From IMG/VR virus record IMGVR_UViG_3300030060_002588, positions 1 through 53,233 of that record: DNA of 53,233 nt; one strand, 5' to 3'. A model generated the notes under the pieces. It had not been told where the DNA came from, ran no database searches, and worked only from the letters and a program-made list of their open reading frames with translations. This document shows positions 27,804-35,112 of the stretch, piece by piece (position 1 is the stretch's first letter; each line of letters begins with the position of its first letter). This stretch comes from a virus (Duplodnaviria; Caudoviricetes). The position numbers were made by a program, and so were the translations under genes.

Positions 27804-28023
27804 GAGAATAAGTAAACAAGAAAAAGTATTAATGTATCTTCAAACTTATGGTTCTATTACGCCAATGGACGCTTATGAGCTCTTTCAATCTATGCGATTG
27901 GGAGCCATAATCCATACATTGAGACATACTGAACCGTATTACAATATAGAAACTAAGAATGAAGGTAAAGCAGGTTATGCAAGATATACTCTAAAACCAG
28001 GTGTTTACCCTGATTATGAGTAA
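27796..28023 (+). CDS. Winged HTH DNA-binding protein (HTH_39-like)
   Basis: QEKVLMYLQTYGSITPMDAYELFQSMRLGAIIHTLR...YARYTL. Confidence 0.75.
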   Translation: MAKRISKQEKVLMYLQTYGSITPMDAYELFQSMRLGAIIHTLRHTEPYYNIETKNEGKAGYARYTLKPGVYPDYE

Positions 28024-28027
28024 TTTC

Positions 28028-28056
28028 TTGGATAATTGTTGGAGAAATGGTAAATT
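28028..28056 (+). promoter_or_regulatory. sigma70-like promoter TTGGAT-N17-TAAATT with extended -10 TG, replication operon
   Basis: -35 at 28028-33, TG at 28048-49, -10 at 28051-56. Confidence 0.65.
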
Positions 28057-28085
28057 ATAGAGCTGTCAAATTAAGGAGAAAGTAA

Positions 28086-28832
28086 ATGAAAACATTACTA
28101 GTTGACCTAGAAAATGGCTATAAATCTATAGGTAGTAAAGAAACAATTGAACAAGAGTTTGGATTACCTCTTTTAAATTTTAATGACTTTACTTCATTTA
28201 GAACTTTTATAGGCCAATTATGGTCACGTAAAAAAATAGAAAAAAGTGTAAAAGTAGGTACTGTATCTGTCAAGCAAGCGTCTTGGGAAGTAACTGCAAA
28301 CGAAGGTGTAGAGGTAGACTGTATGGTAATAGATACAGCTAGCGAAATGGCTAAGAAGTTTGCTAGAGAACTAAAAGGCAAAGCAGAGGCATTGCAGTTA
28401 AAACAATGGGGTAAACTAAAAGATACCCTAGATAATTTCTTTTCATTTACTAACGCAATACCTTCTAATCTTATTGTTAACTGTCATTGTAAAATGCAAT
28501 TAGACGATGAGAATGGTGTAATGAGAGTTATGCCTTATATAGAAGGTTCTACTAAAGTAGATGTTGGTAAATGGTTTGATTTTGTAGTGTACACTAAGGT
28601 TCGTAAATCTAAAGATGGTAATCGTGAATATGTATGGGTAACATCAAGAGACGAACATTATTGTCATGCAAAAGATAGAACACAAGAATTACCTGCTGAA
28701 ATACCACAAGACTATAGTATAATATTCGATGCTGTTAAGAAAAAAGGATGGGATACTGCTAAAGTACTTGTGATAGGCGAGCCAGGTAGTGGTAAGACGC
28801 TTAGTCTTAAAACGTTAACGAAAGTAAGCTAA
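28086..28832 (+). CDS. Sak4/AAA_24-like ATPase recombinase, circularly permuted
   Basis: Starts at KTLLVDLENG; Walker B MVIDT; QWG; FDFVVY; AKDR; Walker A GEPGSGKT at the extreme C-terminus. Confidence 0.8.
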   Translation: MKTLLVDLENGYKSIGSKETIEQEFGLPLLNFNDFTSFRTFIGQLWSRKKIEKSVKVGTVSVKQASWEVTANEGVEVDCMVIDTASEMAKKFARELKGKAEALQLKQWGKLKDTLDNFFSFTNAIPSNLIVNCHCKMQLDDENGVMRVMPYIEGSTKVDVGKWFDFVVYTKVRKSKDGNREYVWVTSRDEHYCHAKDRTQELPAEIPQDYSIIFDAVKKKGWDTAKVLVIGEPGSGKTLSLKTLTKVS

Positions 28833-28844
28833 GGAGAAATAACT

Positions 28845-29363
28845 ATGGGAATAGTTGTAACTAAAAAAGATAGCGGTGGTGGATATGATGAAGGTTGGAA
28901 AACTGTAACTATAAATAAAGCTGTTAAAGGTGACTTTAATGGTTCTAAATATATAGATTTACATTTTGAAGGCTATCCAGAAACCGTTAAATGTAGAGTA
29001 TGGGAAGCTCGTAACAAAGATGGTGAAGAGTTTTCTGTAACAAATATGGTTAGATATTCTAATCCAACTATATTAGAAGAGATGGATAGAGATGGAACTG
29101 CTGCTGCAAGTCTAGATGACTCGCCTGCTGGTTTACAAGGTAAATCATTGCAAGTATTATTTTATAAGAAAGCAAATGGTTACTCAGAAATATCACAGAA
29201 GGTAGCTCCTGCTAGTCCGTTTCAAAACATTGTAGATAATTTTGACGAAAATAGAATTGCTCGTATAAAAGAATCTGCTGAAGCCTACCAAACCAGAAGA
29301 AATCAAGCTAATGGTGTAGTAGCTGAAACAACAGAAGGTAAATCAAGCGATATGCCTTTTTAA
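28845..29363 (+). CDS. ssb: Single-stranded DNA-binding protein
   Basis: Follows the Sak4-like gene; beta-rich; C-terminal tail ends in DMPF. Confidence 0.7.
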   Translation: MGIVVTKKDSGGGYDEGWKTVTINKAVKGDFNGSKYIDLHFEGYPETVKCRVWEARNKDGEEFSVTNMVRYSNPTILEEMDRDGTAAASLDDSPAGLQGKSLQVLFYKKANGYSEISQKVAPASPFQNIVDNFDENRIARIKESAEAYQTRRNQANGVVAETTEGKSSDMPF

Positions 29364-29376
29364 ATTAATAATCGTA

Positions 29377-29446
29377 AAATTAAATGGAGTTTATGAGCCT
29401 CACGTCAGTATGAAATAGGACTACCGAGCATAACTCCTTTTAATTT
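29377..29446 (+). promoter_or_regulatory. Structured intergenic element upstream of the primase-helicase
   Basis: AAATTAAA-T-GGAGT(T)TATG ... CATAACTCC-T-TTTAATTT long stem with a 33-nt interior. Confidence 0.5.
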
Positions 29447-29465
29447 ATAAAGAAAGGAGATAAAT

Positions 29466-31220
29466 ATGATAAGAGAATTTGCATTTGGATTATCTAATAG
29501 GCATCATTTCTTCCCAACAGATAATTCTGTTAAATGGGAGAACGTTGCTAAAGACACATTTTTATCATTGTATGGATATGATGACGATGTTATAGAATAC
29601 TTTAATAAAAAGAAAACATTGTCTGGATATGACGGTTCTATATATATGCCTAAAGAATTTGTGTTAGATGTAGATGGTGTAGAAGTAGAAGAAGCACAAG
29701 ACAAAGCAATTAAACTTGTATCTTTATTAAGCAACTTAAATGTTCCTTGTAATATTTATTTTAGTGGCAGAGGTTTTCATATAGGCATTCCAGATAAGGC
29801 GTTTAAATGGAAGCCAGGCAGAAACTTGCATTTGTGTGTAAAAGATGAGTTAGATAAAAGAGGTATATATAAATATGCTGATGTATCTGTTACAGACAAG
29901 ACTAGAATTATTAGGCTTAACAATACATTAAACAGTAAATCTAAACTATGGAAGATTTATATAAAAAGTGAAGAATTACTTGAACTAAATGCATTAGGTA
30001 TAAAAGCTTTGGCAAATAAACCAAGACAAATAGAAATACCTACACTTGAATGTGAGCCTGTTTTTGATGTAATGGAACGAGAATCTAAAAAGCAAACTAT
30101 TAAGTTTAAAGAAACTATTGGTAAAGAGCCAGACCCTATGTTATATCCATGCATACAAACAATGTTAAAAGGTGGTACGTATGGTGGTAGACATGCTATG
30201 GCTTTACGTTTAGGTGCTTGGTTAAGATGGCGTTATCCAGAAGACGTAGTAAGATTAATCATGGAAGACTGGCGACAAAGAGTATCAACTGTTGAGCATC
30301 CATTTAAGAAAGATGAGATGGACAGGCTTATTACTGATTGTTATAAAGGTCATGGTGGTAATGGTTATCGTTATGGTTGTAATGATAAAATAATGGATAA
30401 GCATTGTAATTCTACATGTACTTTATTTAAAGCTAAGAAATCACAAGGCATTATGTCTGCTAACGATATGGAAGAAAACTTAATTAGCTGGTTAAAAGGT
30501 GATGTAGTTCCTATAGATATAGGTGGTTTATATAATAAGAACTTTCTTGTATATCCTGGTGAACTTGTAGTAATTCAGGCTCCTCCTAAATCTATGAAGA
30601 CTATGTTATTGCAGAATTGGGTTAACTCATTTAAGAAAAGAACTTACTTTTTAGAAATGGAGATGTCACCAAGGCAGATATGGCAACGTTTTATACAAAT
30701 AGAACAAGGCTGGGACGAAGACCAATTAAGACAACATTATGCTAGAGAAAATTATAGCCTAGCTGATAAGTTTAAATGGTTAAACGTAGATTATCAACCT
30801 TGTTTTGCTATAGAACTAGAAAAGAAAATAAGTATGCTTCCAGAAAAACCAGAGGTAGTTGTTATCGACCATATGGGTTTATTGTTATCTAAACATAGAG
30901 ACTTAAATCTAAAGATGGAGGAGATTGCTGGTGCTTTAACTGAAGTTGCTGTAAAACATAATATAATAGTATTTGCTATATCAGAAATAACTAAAACAGC
31001 TATGACAGAAGGTATGGGTATATCTTCTTCTAGAGGTTCTTTTAGAATTGCTTACAATGCAAGTAAAATACTTTCTTTGTCTGTACAGAAGAATCTAGAA
31101 GGTGATGTACAAAACATGGTAATTAAAACAGAAGCAAATAGAGAACGTGGTTCTTTAGATGTAATACTTAAAATAAATGGTGTTAGAATAGACACATTAA
31201 GGAGTCCAAATGTCAAATAA
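29466..31220 (+). CDS. AEP primase(-polymerase) fused to a DnaB/RecA-like helicase domain
   Basis: AEP motifs LDVD, FSGRGFH and downstream D; Cys/His middle domain (PC..RH..YGC..HC..C); P-loop-like QAPPKSMKT, LEM, Walker B VVIDH. Confidence 0.8.
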   Translation: MIREFAFGLSNRHHFFPTDNSVKWENVAKDTFLSLYGYDDDVIEYFNKKKTLSGYDGSIYMPKEFVLDVDGVEVEEAQDKAIKLVSLLSNLNVPCNIYFSGRGFHIGIPDKAFKWKPGRNLHLCVKDELDKRGIYKYADVSVTDKTRIIRLNNTLNSKSKLWKIYIKSEELLELNALGIKALANKPRQIEIPTLECEPVFDVMERESKKQTIKFKETIGKEPDPMLYPCIQTMLKGGTYGGRHAMALRLGAWLRWRYPEDVVRLIMEDWRQRVSTVEHPFKKDEMDRLITDCYKGHGGNGYRYGCNDKIMDKHCNSTCTLFKAKKSQGIMSANDMEENLISWLKGDVVPIDIGGLYNKNFLVYPGELVVIQAPPKSMKTMLLQNWVNSFKKRTYFLEMEMSPRQIWQRFIQIEQGWDEDQLRQHYARENYSLADKFKWLNVDYQPCFAIELEKKISMLPEKPEVVVIDHMGLLLSKHRDLNLKMEEIAGALTEVAVKHNIIVFAISEITKTAMTEGMGISSSRGSFRIAYNASKILSLSVQKNLEGDVQNMVIKTEANRERGSLDVILKINGVRIDTLRSPNVK

Positions 31221-31701
31221 AAGAAGCTTAGGTCAAATAAGTAGTGATATTATGTTAGTTCAAAATAGCTTTGAGTTAACAGAAGAAGAAATAAATGAAC
31301 AACTAGATATATTACATACTGAATTACATGAAAAGGAAAACGGTGTTTACTGGTTCTATAAAAACCTAGATAGCAAGGTCGCTTTAGCTAAAGAGTATAA
31401 AGAAAAAGCAGATGCAGTACTTAAAAAACTTGCATATACTCAGAAAAGACTAAAGGGACTTGTTATAGAGGCTTATGCAGCTAGTGGGCAGCTTCCAGCA
31501 CATGATGAATTTAATCCAATTAAAATAATGGAAACAGGTAAGGTAGAAATATTAGATGAAACTAAAATACCTAGAGAATATTATATTGAAAAGATTGAAT
31601 TAAGATTAGACAAAAAAAGACTACTTGAGGAATTAAAAGAAGGTAAAGATATTCCTGGAGTAGTATTACAAACAAACAAACACGTCAGGGGGTTAAAATG
31701 A
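31210..31701 (+). CDS. Siphovirus Gp157-like protein
   Basis: Coiled coil, then VEILDETKIPREY...LDKKRLLEELKEGKDIPGV. Confidence 0.8.
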   Translation: MSNKRSLGQISSDIMLVQNSFELTEEEINEQLDILHTELHEKENGVYWFYKNLDSKVALAKEYKEKADAVLKKLAYTQKRLKGLVIEAYAASGQLPAHDEFNPIKIMETGKVEILDETKIPREYYIEKIELRLDKKRLLEELKEGKDIPGVVLQTNKHVRGLK

Positions 31702-32495
31702 TACATCCTTATGGAGAAATAAGAAAGGTGCCTTTGGATTACCAAGGCATCAAGTCTACAGCTTATGCTGTACAAAGGCAAGAAATAAAAGATGAAGGGT
31801 TAAAATGGAAAGAGTGTGGTGTAGTAGGTAGTAATTATCTACTAGTACCTAACTCTGAAGTAAGAGACTTGGCTAATGAAATAGCCACTGAGTCAGCATT
31901 AACTTGGGAACCAATGAAGACATTCTTTAATGGTAAACAATTTGCTTATTTTATGCAATGTAAATCAGATACTACTGAGATAGCTAAAGATGATGATATA
32001 GCTCTTGGTATGGCTTTCTGGAATAGTTATGATGGCTCAACAGCGTTACAGTTTAGAACGTTCCTTGTAAGATTAGTATGTACCAATGGTATGATAACTA
32101 AAGACTTTATGAACTTGATGAAATTCAAGCATAATAAAACGTCTGAAGGATACGATAAACAAATTATTAACGCTGCTAAAGTTGTAGATAACTGTGGAGA
32201 AGATATTGAAACAGTTGCTAAAAGAATGAGAAAGATGGTAGAAACACCAGTTGATTTAAATGAATTAGCTTATATAAGAAATAATTATTTAGGTCATCTA
32301 CCTGTTACATTATGGGGTAAAATAAGTTCACACTTCTTGCAAAAGCATGATAGAGATATATTTGATGATAATGTAAACATGTGGGATTTCTACAATGCAT
32401 GCACAGATATATTGTGGCATGATAAGAAACCAACTATGGCTTCGCTAGAACATAATCAGGTAATAACTGATAGATTGTTAGGAGCTATGTCGTAA
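31698..32495 (+). CDS. DUF932 family protein
   Basis: YLLVPN, NSYDGS, RLVCTNGM, WDFYNACT. Confidence 0.85.
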   Translation: MIHPYGEIRKVPLDYQGIKSTAYAVQRQEIKDEGLKWKECGVVGSNYLLVPNSEVRDLANEIATESALTWEPMKTFFNGKQFAYFMQCKSDTTEIAKDDDIALGMAFWNSYDGSTALQFRTFLVRLVCTNGMITKDFMNLMKFKHNKTSEGYDKQIINAAKVVDNCGEDIETVAKRMRKMVETPVDLNELAYIRNNYLGHLPVTLWGKISSHFLQKHDRDIFDDNVNMWDFYNACTDILWHDKKPTMASLEHNQVITDRLLGAMS

Positions 32496-32514
32496 TTAAT
32501 GAGGAACGCCAAAA

Positions 32515-32544
32515 GGGGGAGCAGTTACCTTTCGCTGCTCTCCC
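32515..32544 (+). promoter_or_regulatory. GC-rich hairpin upstream of the SPL-like gene
   Basis: GGGGGAGCAG-TTACCTTTCG-CTGCTCTCCC. Confidence 0.55.
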
Positions 32545-32561
32545 TAAGTTTAAGGGGGAAT

Positions 32562-33413
32562 ATGAAATTTATAACACGTAAAACAATGCAAATAAGAGAG
32601 TCAGGTCGTAGTAGTGACTTTATAACACCAAGTTTTGGTTTTGGTTGCTTATATAAATGTAGCTATTGCTATATGAGAAGACATTTGCCAAAAGGTTTAA
32701 ACATTGCAACTAATACAGACTCTATAATAGATGCAATACATCATCATTTATGGTTACTTAAATGGCCTAAAGTGCCTAACCAGACACACGAAAAGTATTA
32801 CACATATGATTTTAGTTGTAACGAAGATTATATTTTACATGCAAAGTATCACGAGTGGGATTTGTTATTTGATTATTTTAAAACAAATGATAAAGCAATG
32901 GGTACAGCTGCAACAAAATATGTTAACAAAAAAATGCTGGGGTATGATGCGAAAAGAAAAATACGCATAAGGTTTAGCATTATGCCTCAGTCATTGTCTG
33001 ATAAATTAGAGCCAGGTACATCTAAGATTATAGACAGAATAAAAGCAGTTAATGATTTTTATGAAGCAGGTTATGACGTTCATTTAAACTACTCACCAAT
33101 AATAGTTTATAAAGATTACATAGAAGATTATAAAAAATTATTTAAATTAGTTGACATGAACATTGATGATTCAATAAAAAACAAAGTTAAGGCAGAATGT
33201 ATATTTCTTACACATAATAAGAAAATGCATGCTATTAATGATAAAGAAGTAGAAGATATTTTATGGCAGCCATCTATACAGGAGACTAAAACTTCAGAGT
33301 ATGGCAATGTAAACATAAGGTATAAATATAAACTAAAACGAAAATATATAAATGATTTTCTTAATGCACATAGTCACAACTTACCATGGCAAGAAGTTAG
33401 GTATATATTTTAA
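32562..33413 (+). CDS. splB: Spore photoproduct lyase-like radical SAM enzyme
   Basis: GCLYKCSYCY cluster motif, FSCNED (position of the SplB H-donor Cys), ATKYVN, RIRFSIMPQ, EPGTS, SPII; start reassigned to MKFIT after GGGGGA. Confidence 0.8.
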   Translation: MKFITRKTMQIRESGRSSDFITPSFGFGCLYKCSYCYMRRHLPKGLNIATNTDSIIDAIHHHLWLLKWPKVPNQTHEKYYTYDFSCNEDYILHAKYHEWDLLFDYFKTNDKAMGTAATKYVNKKMLGYDAKRKIRIRFSIMPQSLSDKLEPGTSKIIDRIKAVNDFYEAGYDVHLNYSPIIVYKDYIEDYKKLFKLVDMNIDDSIKNKVKAECIFLTHNKKMHAINDKEVEDILWQPSIQETKTSEYGNVNIRYKYKLKRKYINDFLNAHSHNLPWQEVRYIF

Positions 33414-33422
33414 GGAGGAATA

Positions 33423-33638
33423 ATGGCAACTAAAAAAATAACAATAAAAGAAGCAGAGAAAAGAATAAATATACTAGCTTATAATCTTAACGTTGCGAAA
33501 GCAGCTATAGATAATATAGGACTTGCTTTTAGCCAGTATTTAAAATACAAAGGCGATGAAGAGGAGTTTAAAAAATATTTAGAAAATAAATCAAAAGTTG
33601 ATAAATTAAAGGAAAGTGTCGAAAATGATGCAAAATAA
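33423..33638 (+). CDS. Hypothetical protein
   Basis: 71 aa, AAGGAGG SD. Confidence 0.75.
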   Translation: MATKKITIKEAEKRINILAYNLNVAKAAIDNIGLAFSQYLKYKGDEEEFKKYLENKSKVDKLKESVENDAK

Positions 33639-33843
33639 GCAAGATATAGTAGAAAGACTAAAAACTTATCAAGATAAAATGTACAAAGGAGGCACTATGA
33701 AATTAGTAGATTTAAAGTTTGAATGCAGAGAATGTAAGATACATTTTACCCCAGGAGAACTTAGAGCTAAAAAATTGATGCAATCAAAAGGAGTTATAAA
33801 TGAATGTAAACAATGTGAAGACAGAAATAGTGATATGTCATAA
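33616..33843 (+). CDS. Zinc-finger hypothetical protein
   Basis: CREC...CKQC; start position uncertain. Confidence 0.6.
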   Translation: MSKMMQNKQDIVERLKTYQDKMYKGGTMKLVDLKFECRECKIHFTPGELRAKKLMQSKGVINECKQCEDRNSDMS

Positions 33844-33958
33844 TTGTGGATGCACTATGAAAGACAAGTCTAAATTTGACGATGCTATTTCTAGGGCTCT
33901 TTATAAATTAAAACAAGAAACAGGTTTTGGAATAAAGGAGGAACATGAAACCAACTAA
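33830..33958 (+). CDS. 42-aa hypothetical protein
   Basis: GTG start, CHNCGC, fills the gap between neighbours. Confidence 0.35.
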   Translation: MICHNCGCTMKDKSKFDDAISRALYKLKQETGFGIKEEHETN

Positions 33959-34133
33959 AGAAAAAACAAAAAAAGTAGTAAAAAAAGACTCTGTAAAGAA
34001 AGACTCTAGTAAAAGACTATCTGATATGGAAGAGCTGATAGTTTTAATAGATGAAAAAATTAGAGCATTAGAAAATGATATGGTAGAAATGCAAAGCATA
34101 TACAATAGAATGAGAGATAGGATAGGTATATAA
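33945..34133 (+). CDS. Hypothetical coiled-coil protein with a basic N-terminus
   Basis: 62 aa, AAGGAGG SD. Confidence 0.7.
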   Translation: MKPTKEKTKKVVKKDSVKKDSSKRLSDMEELIVLIDEKIRALENDMVEMQSIYNRMRDRIGI

Positions 34134-34327
34134 TGCTATTATCAAGAAAATATATTAGAAAAGTTTTTACAGACCTAAGTATACAACTTAGCGAAAAAGC
34201 ATTAGATGATATATGTGAGAAGTTAAAAATAGATGTTGGCAAGTACGCTTTAAATGCTAAAGACTTAGGTATAAAACGTGTAACTAAAGAAAAAGTTTCA
34301 ATAATAACAGGAGACTTCGATGCATAA
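34133..34327 (+). CDS. Putative histone-fold protein (prokaryotic/phage histone)
   Basis: 64 aa; alpha1 RKYIRKVF, L1 IQLSEKA, alpha2 LDDICEKLKIDVGKYALNAKDLG, L2 IKRVT. Confidence 0.6.
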   Translation: MLLSRKYIRKVFTDLSIQLSEKALDDICEKLKIDVGKYALNAKDLGIKRVTKEKVSIITGDFDA

Positions 34328-34544
34328 AGAGTATATGGATTTAGAAGAGAAAGCAAAGAATCTTATAGCCTTTGCTAGAAATACTAATGAAAATGAACTT
34401 GACAATGTAGTTAAAGCCATTGTAAATTTTGCTAGGGACGAACGAATAAAATTATTACAAGAACTAGCAAAACATTTAGGTATAGATGAAACCATCATCG
34501 GCAAAAGGCAAAGGCAGGAGACTGCAAAATTATTTAAAAGATAA
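34320..34544 (+). CDS. Hypothetical protein
   Basis: 74 aa, AGGAG SD; overlaps the next gene by 59 nt. Confidence 0.6.
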   Translation: MHKEYMDLEEKAKNLIAFARNTNENELDNVVKAIVNFARDERIKLLQELAKHLGIDETIIGKRQRQETAKLFKR

Positions 34545-34821
34545 GCTTTATGATTATTTCCCCTCACTAAGGAAGGGTGACGTGAAAACAGCTGTAATGG
34601 GAGAGTCTGGTGAAGACATTATTCTCTCCCCTGCAGCAAGAGATGTAATACCATTTAGCTTTGAATGTAAAAACCAAGAACGGTTAAACATATGGGAATC
34701 TTTGTCTCAAGCTGAAGACAATTGTGAAGAATACACACCTGCTGTAGTATTTAAAAGAAATAGAACAAAAACATACATAGCCCTTGAGCTAGAAGAATTT
34801 TTAAAAATAATAGGAGAGTAA
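34486..34821 (+). CDS. Holliday junction resolvase-like PD-(D/E)xK nuclease
   Basis: SAKGKGRRLQ, GEDI, FECKNQE. Confidence 0.8.
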   Translation: MKPSSAKGKGRRLQNYLKDKLYDYFPSLRKGDVKTAVMGESGEDIILSPAARDVIPFSFECKNQERLNIWESLSQAEDNCEEYTPAVVFKRNRTKTYIALELEEFLKIIGE

Positions 34822-35007
34822 ATGACTGTAGAGGAAAGACTTGCAAGAGAACAATTAATTAATGAAGTTAAATTATCAATTTACAATAGCATAATAGGTG
34901 ATAGTTTTGAAAGAAATAATTACGAAGATATGCCAGTAAATGATAAAATGAGAGTTATAACACTTATACACAAACTAGATAAATTACCTACCAAGATTGT
35001 TTCTTAA
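34822..35007 (+). CDS. Hypothetical protein, last gene of the plus arm
   Basis: 61 aa, AGGAG SD. Confidence 0.7.
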   Translation: MTVEERLAREQLINEVKLSIYNSIIGDSFERNNYEDMPVNDKMRVITLIHKLDKLPTKIVS

Positions 35008-35045
35008 CTGTTTTATAATAGGATTGTTGTATTTAATATCAATGC

Positions 35046-35066
35046 ATGATGCTACGTTTGCATCAT
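35046..35066. terminator. Possible hairpin at the convergence of the two arms
   Basis: ATGATGC-TACGTTT-GCATCAT; weak, with no adjacent U-tract. Confidence 0.25.
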
Positions 35067-35112
35067 CTATTGGGTTTTTAATATTCTATAATAAAATATT
35101 TAATTCTATATT

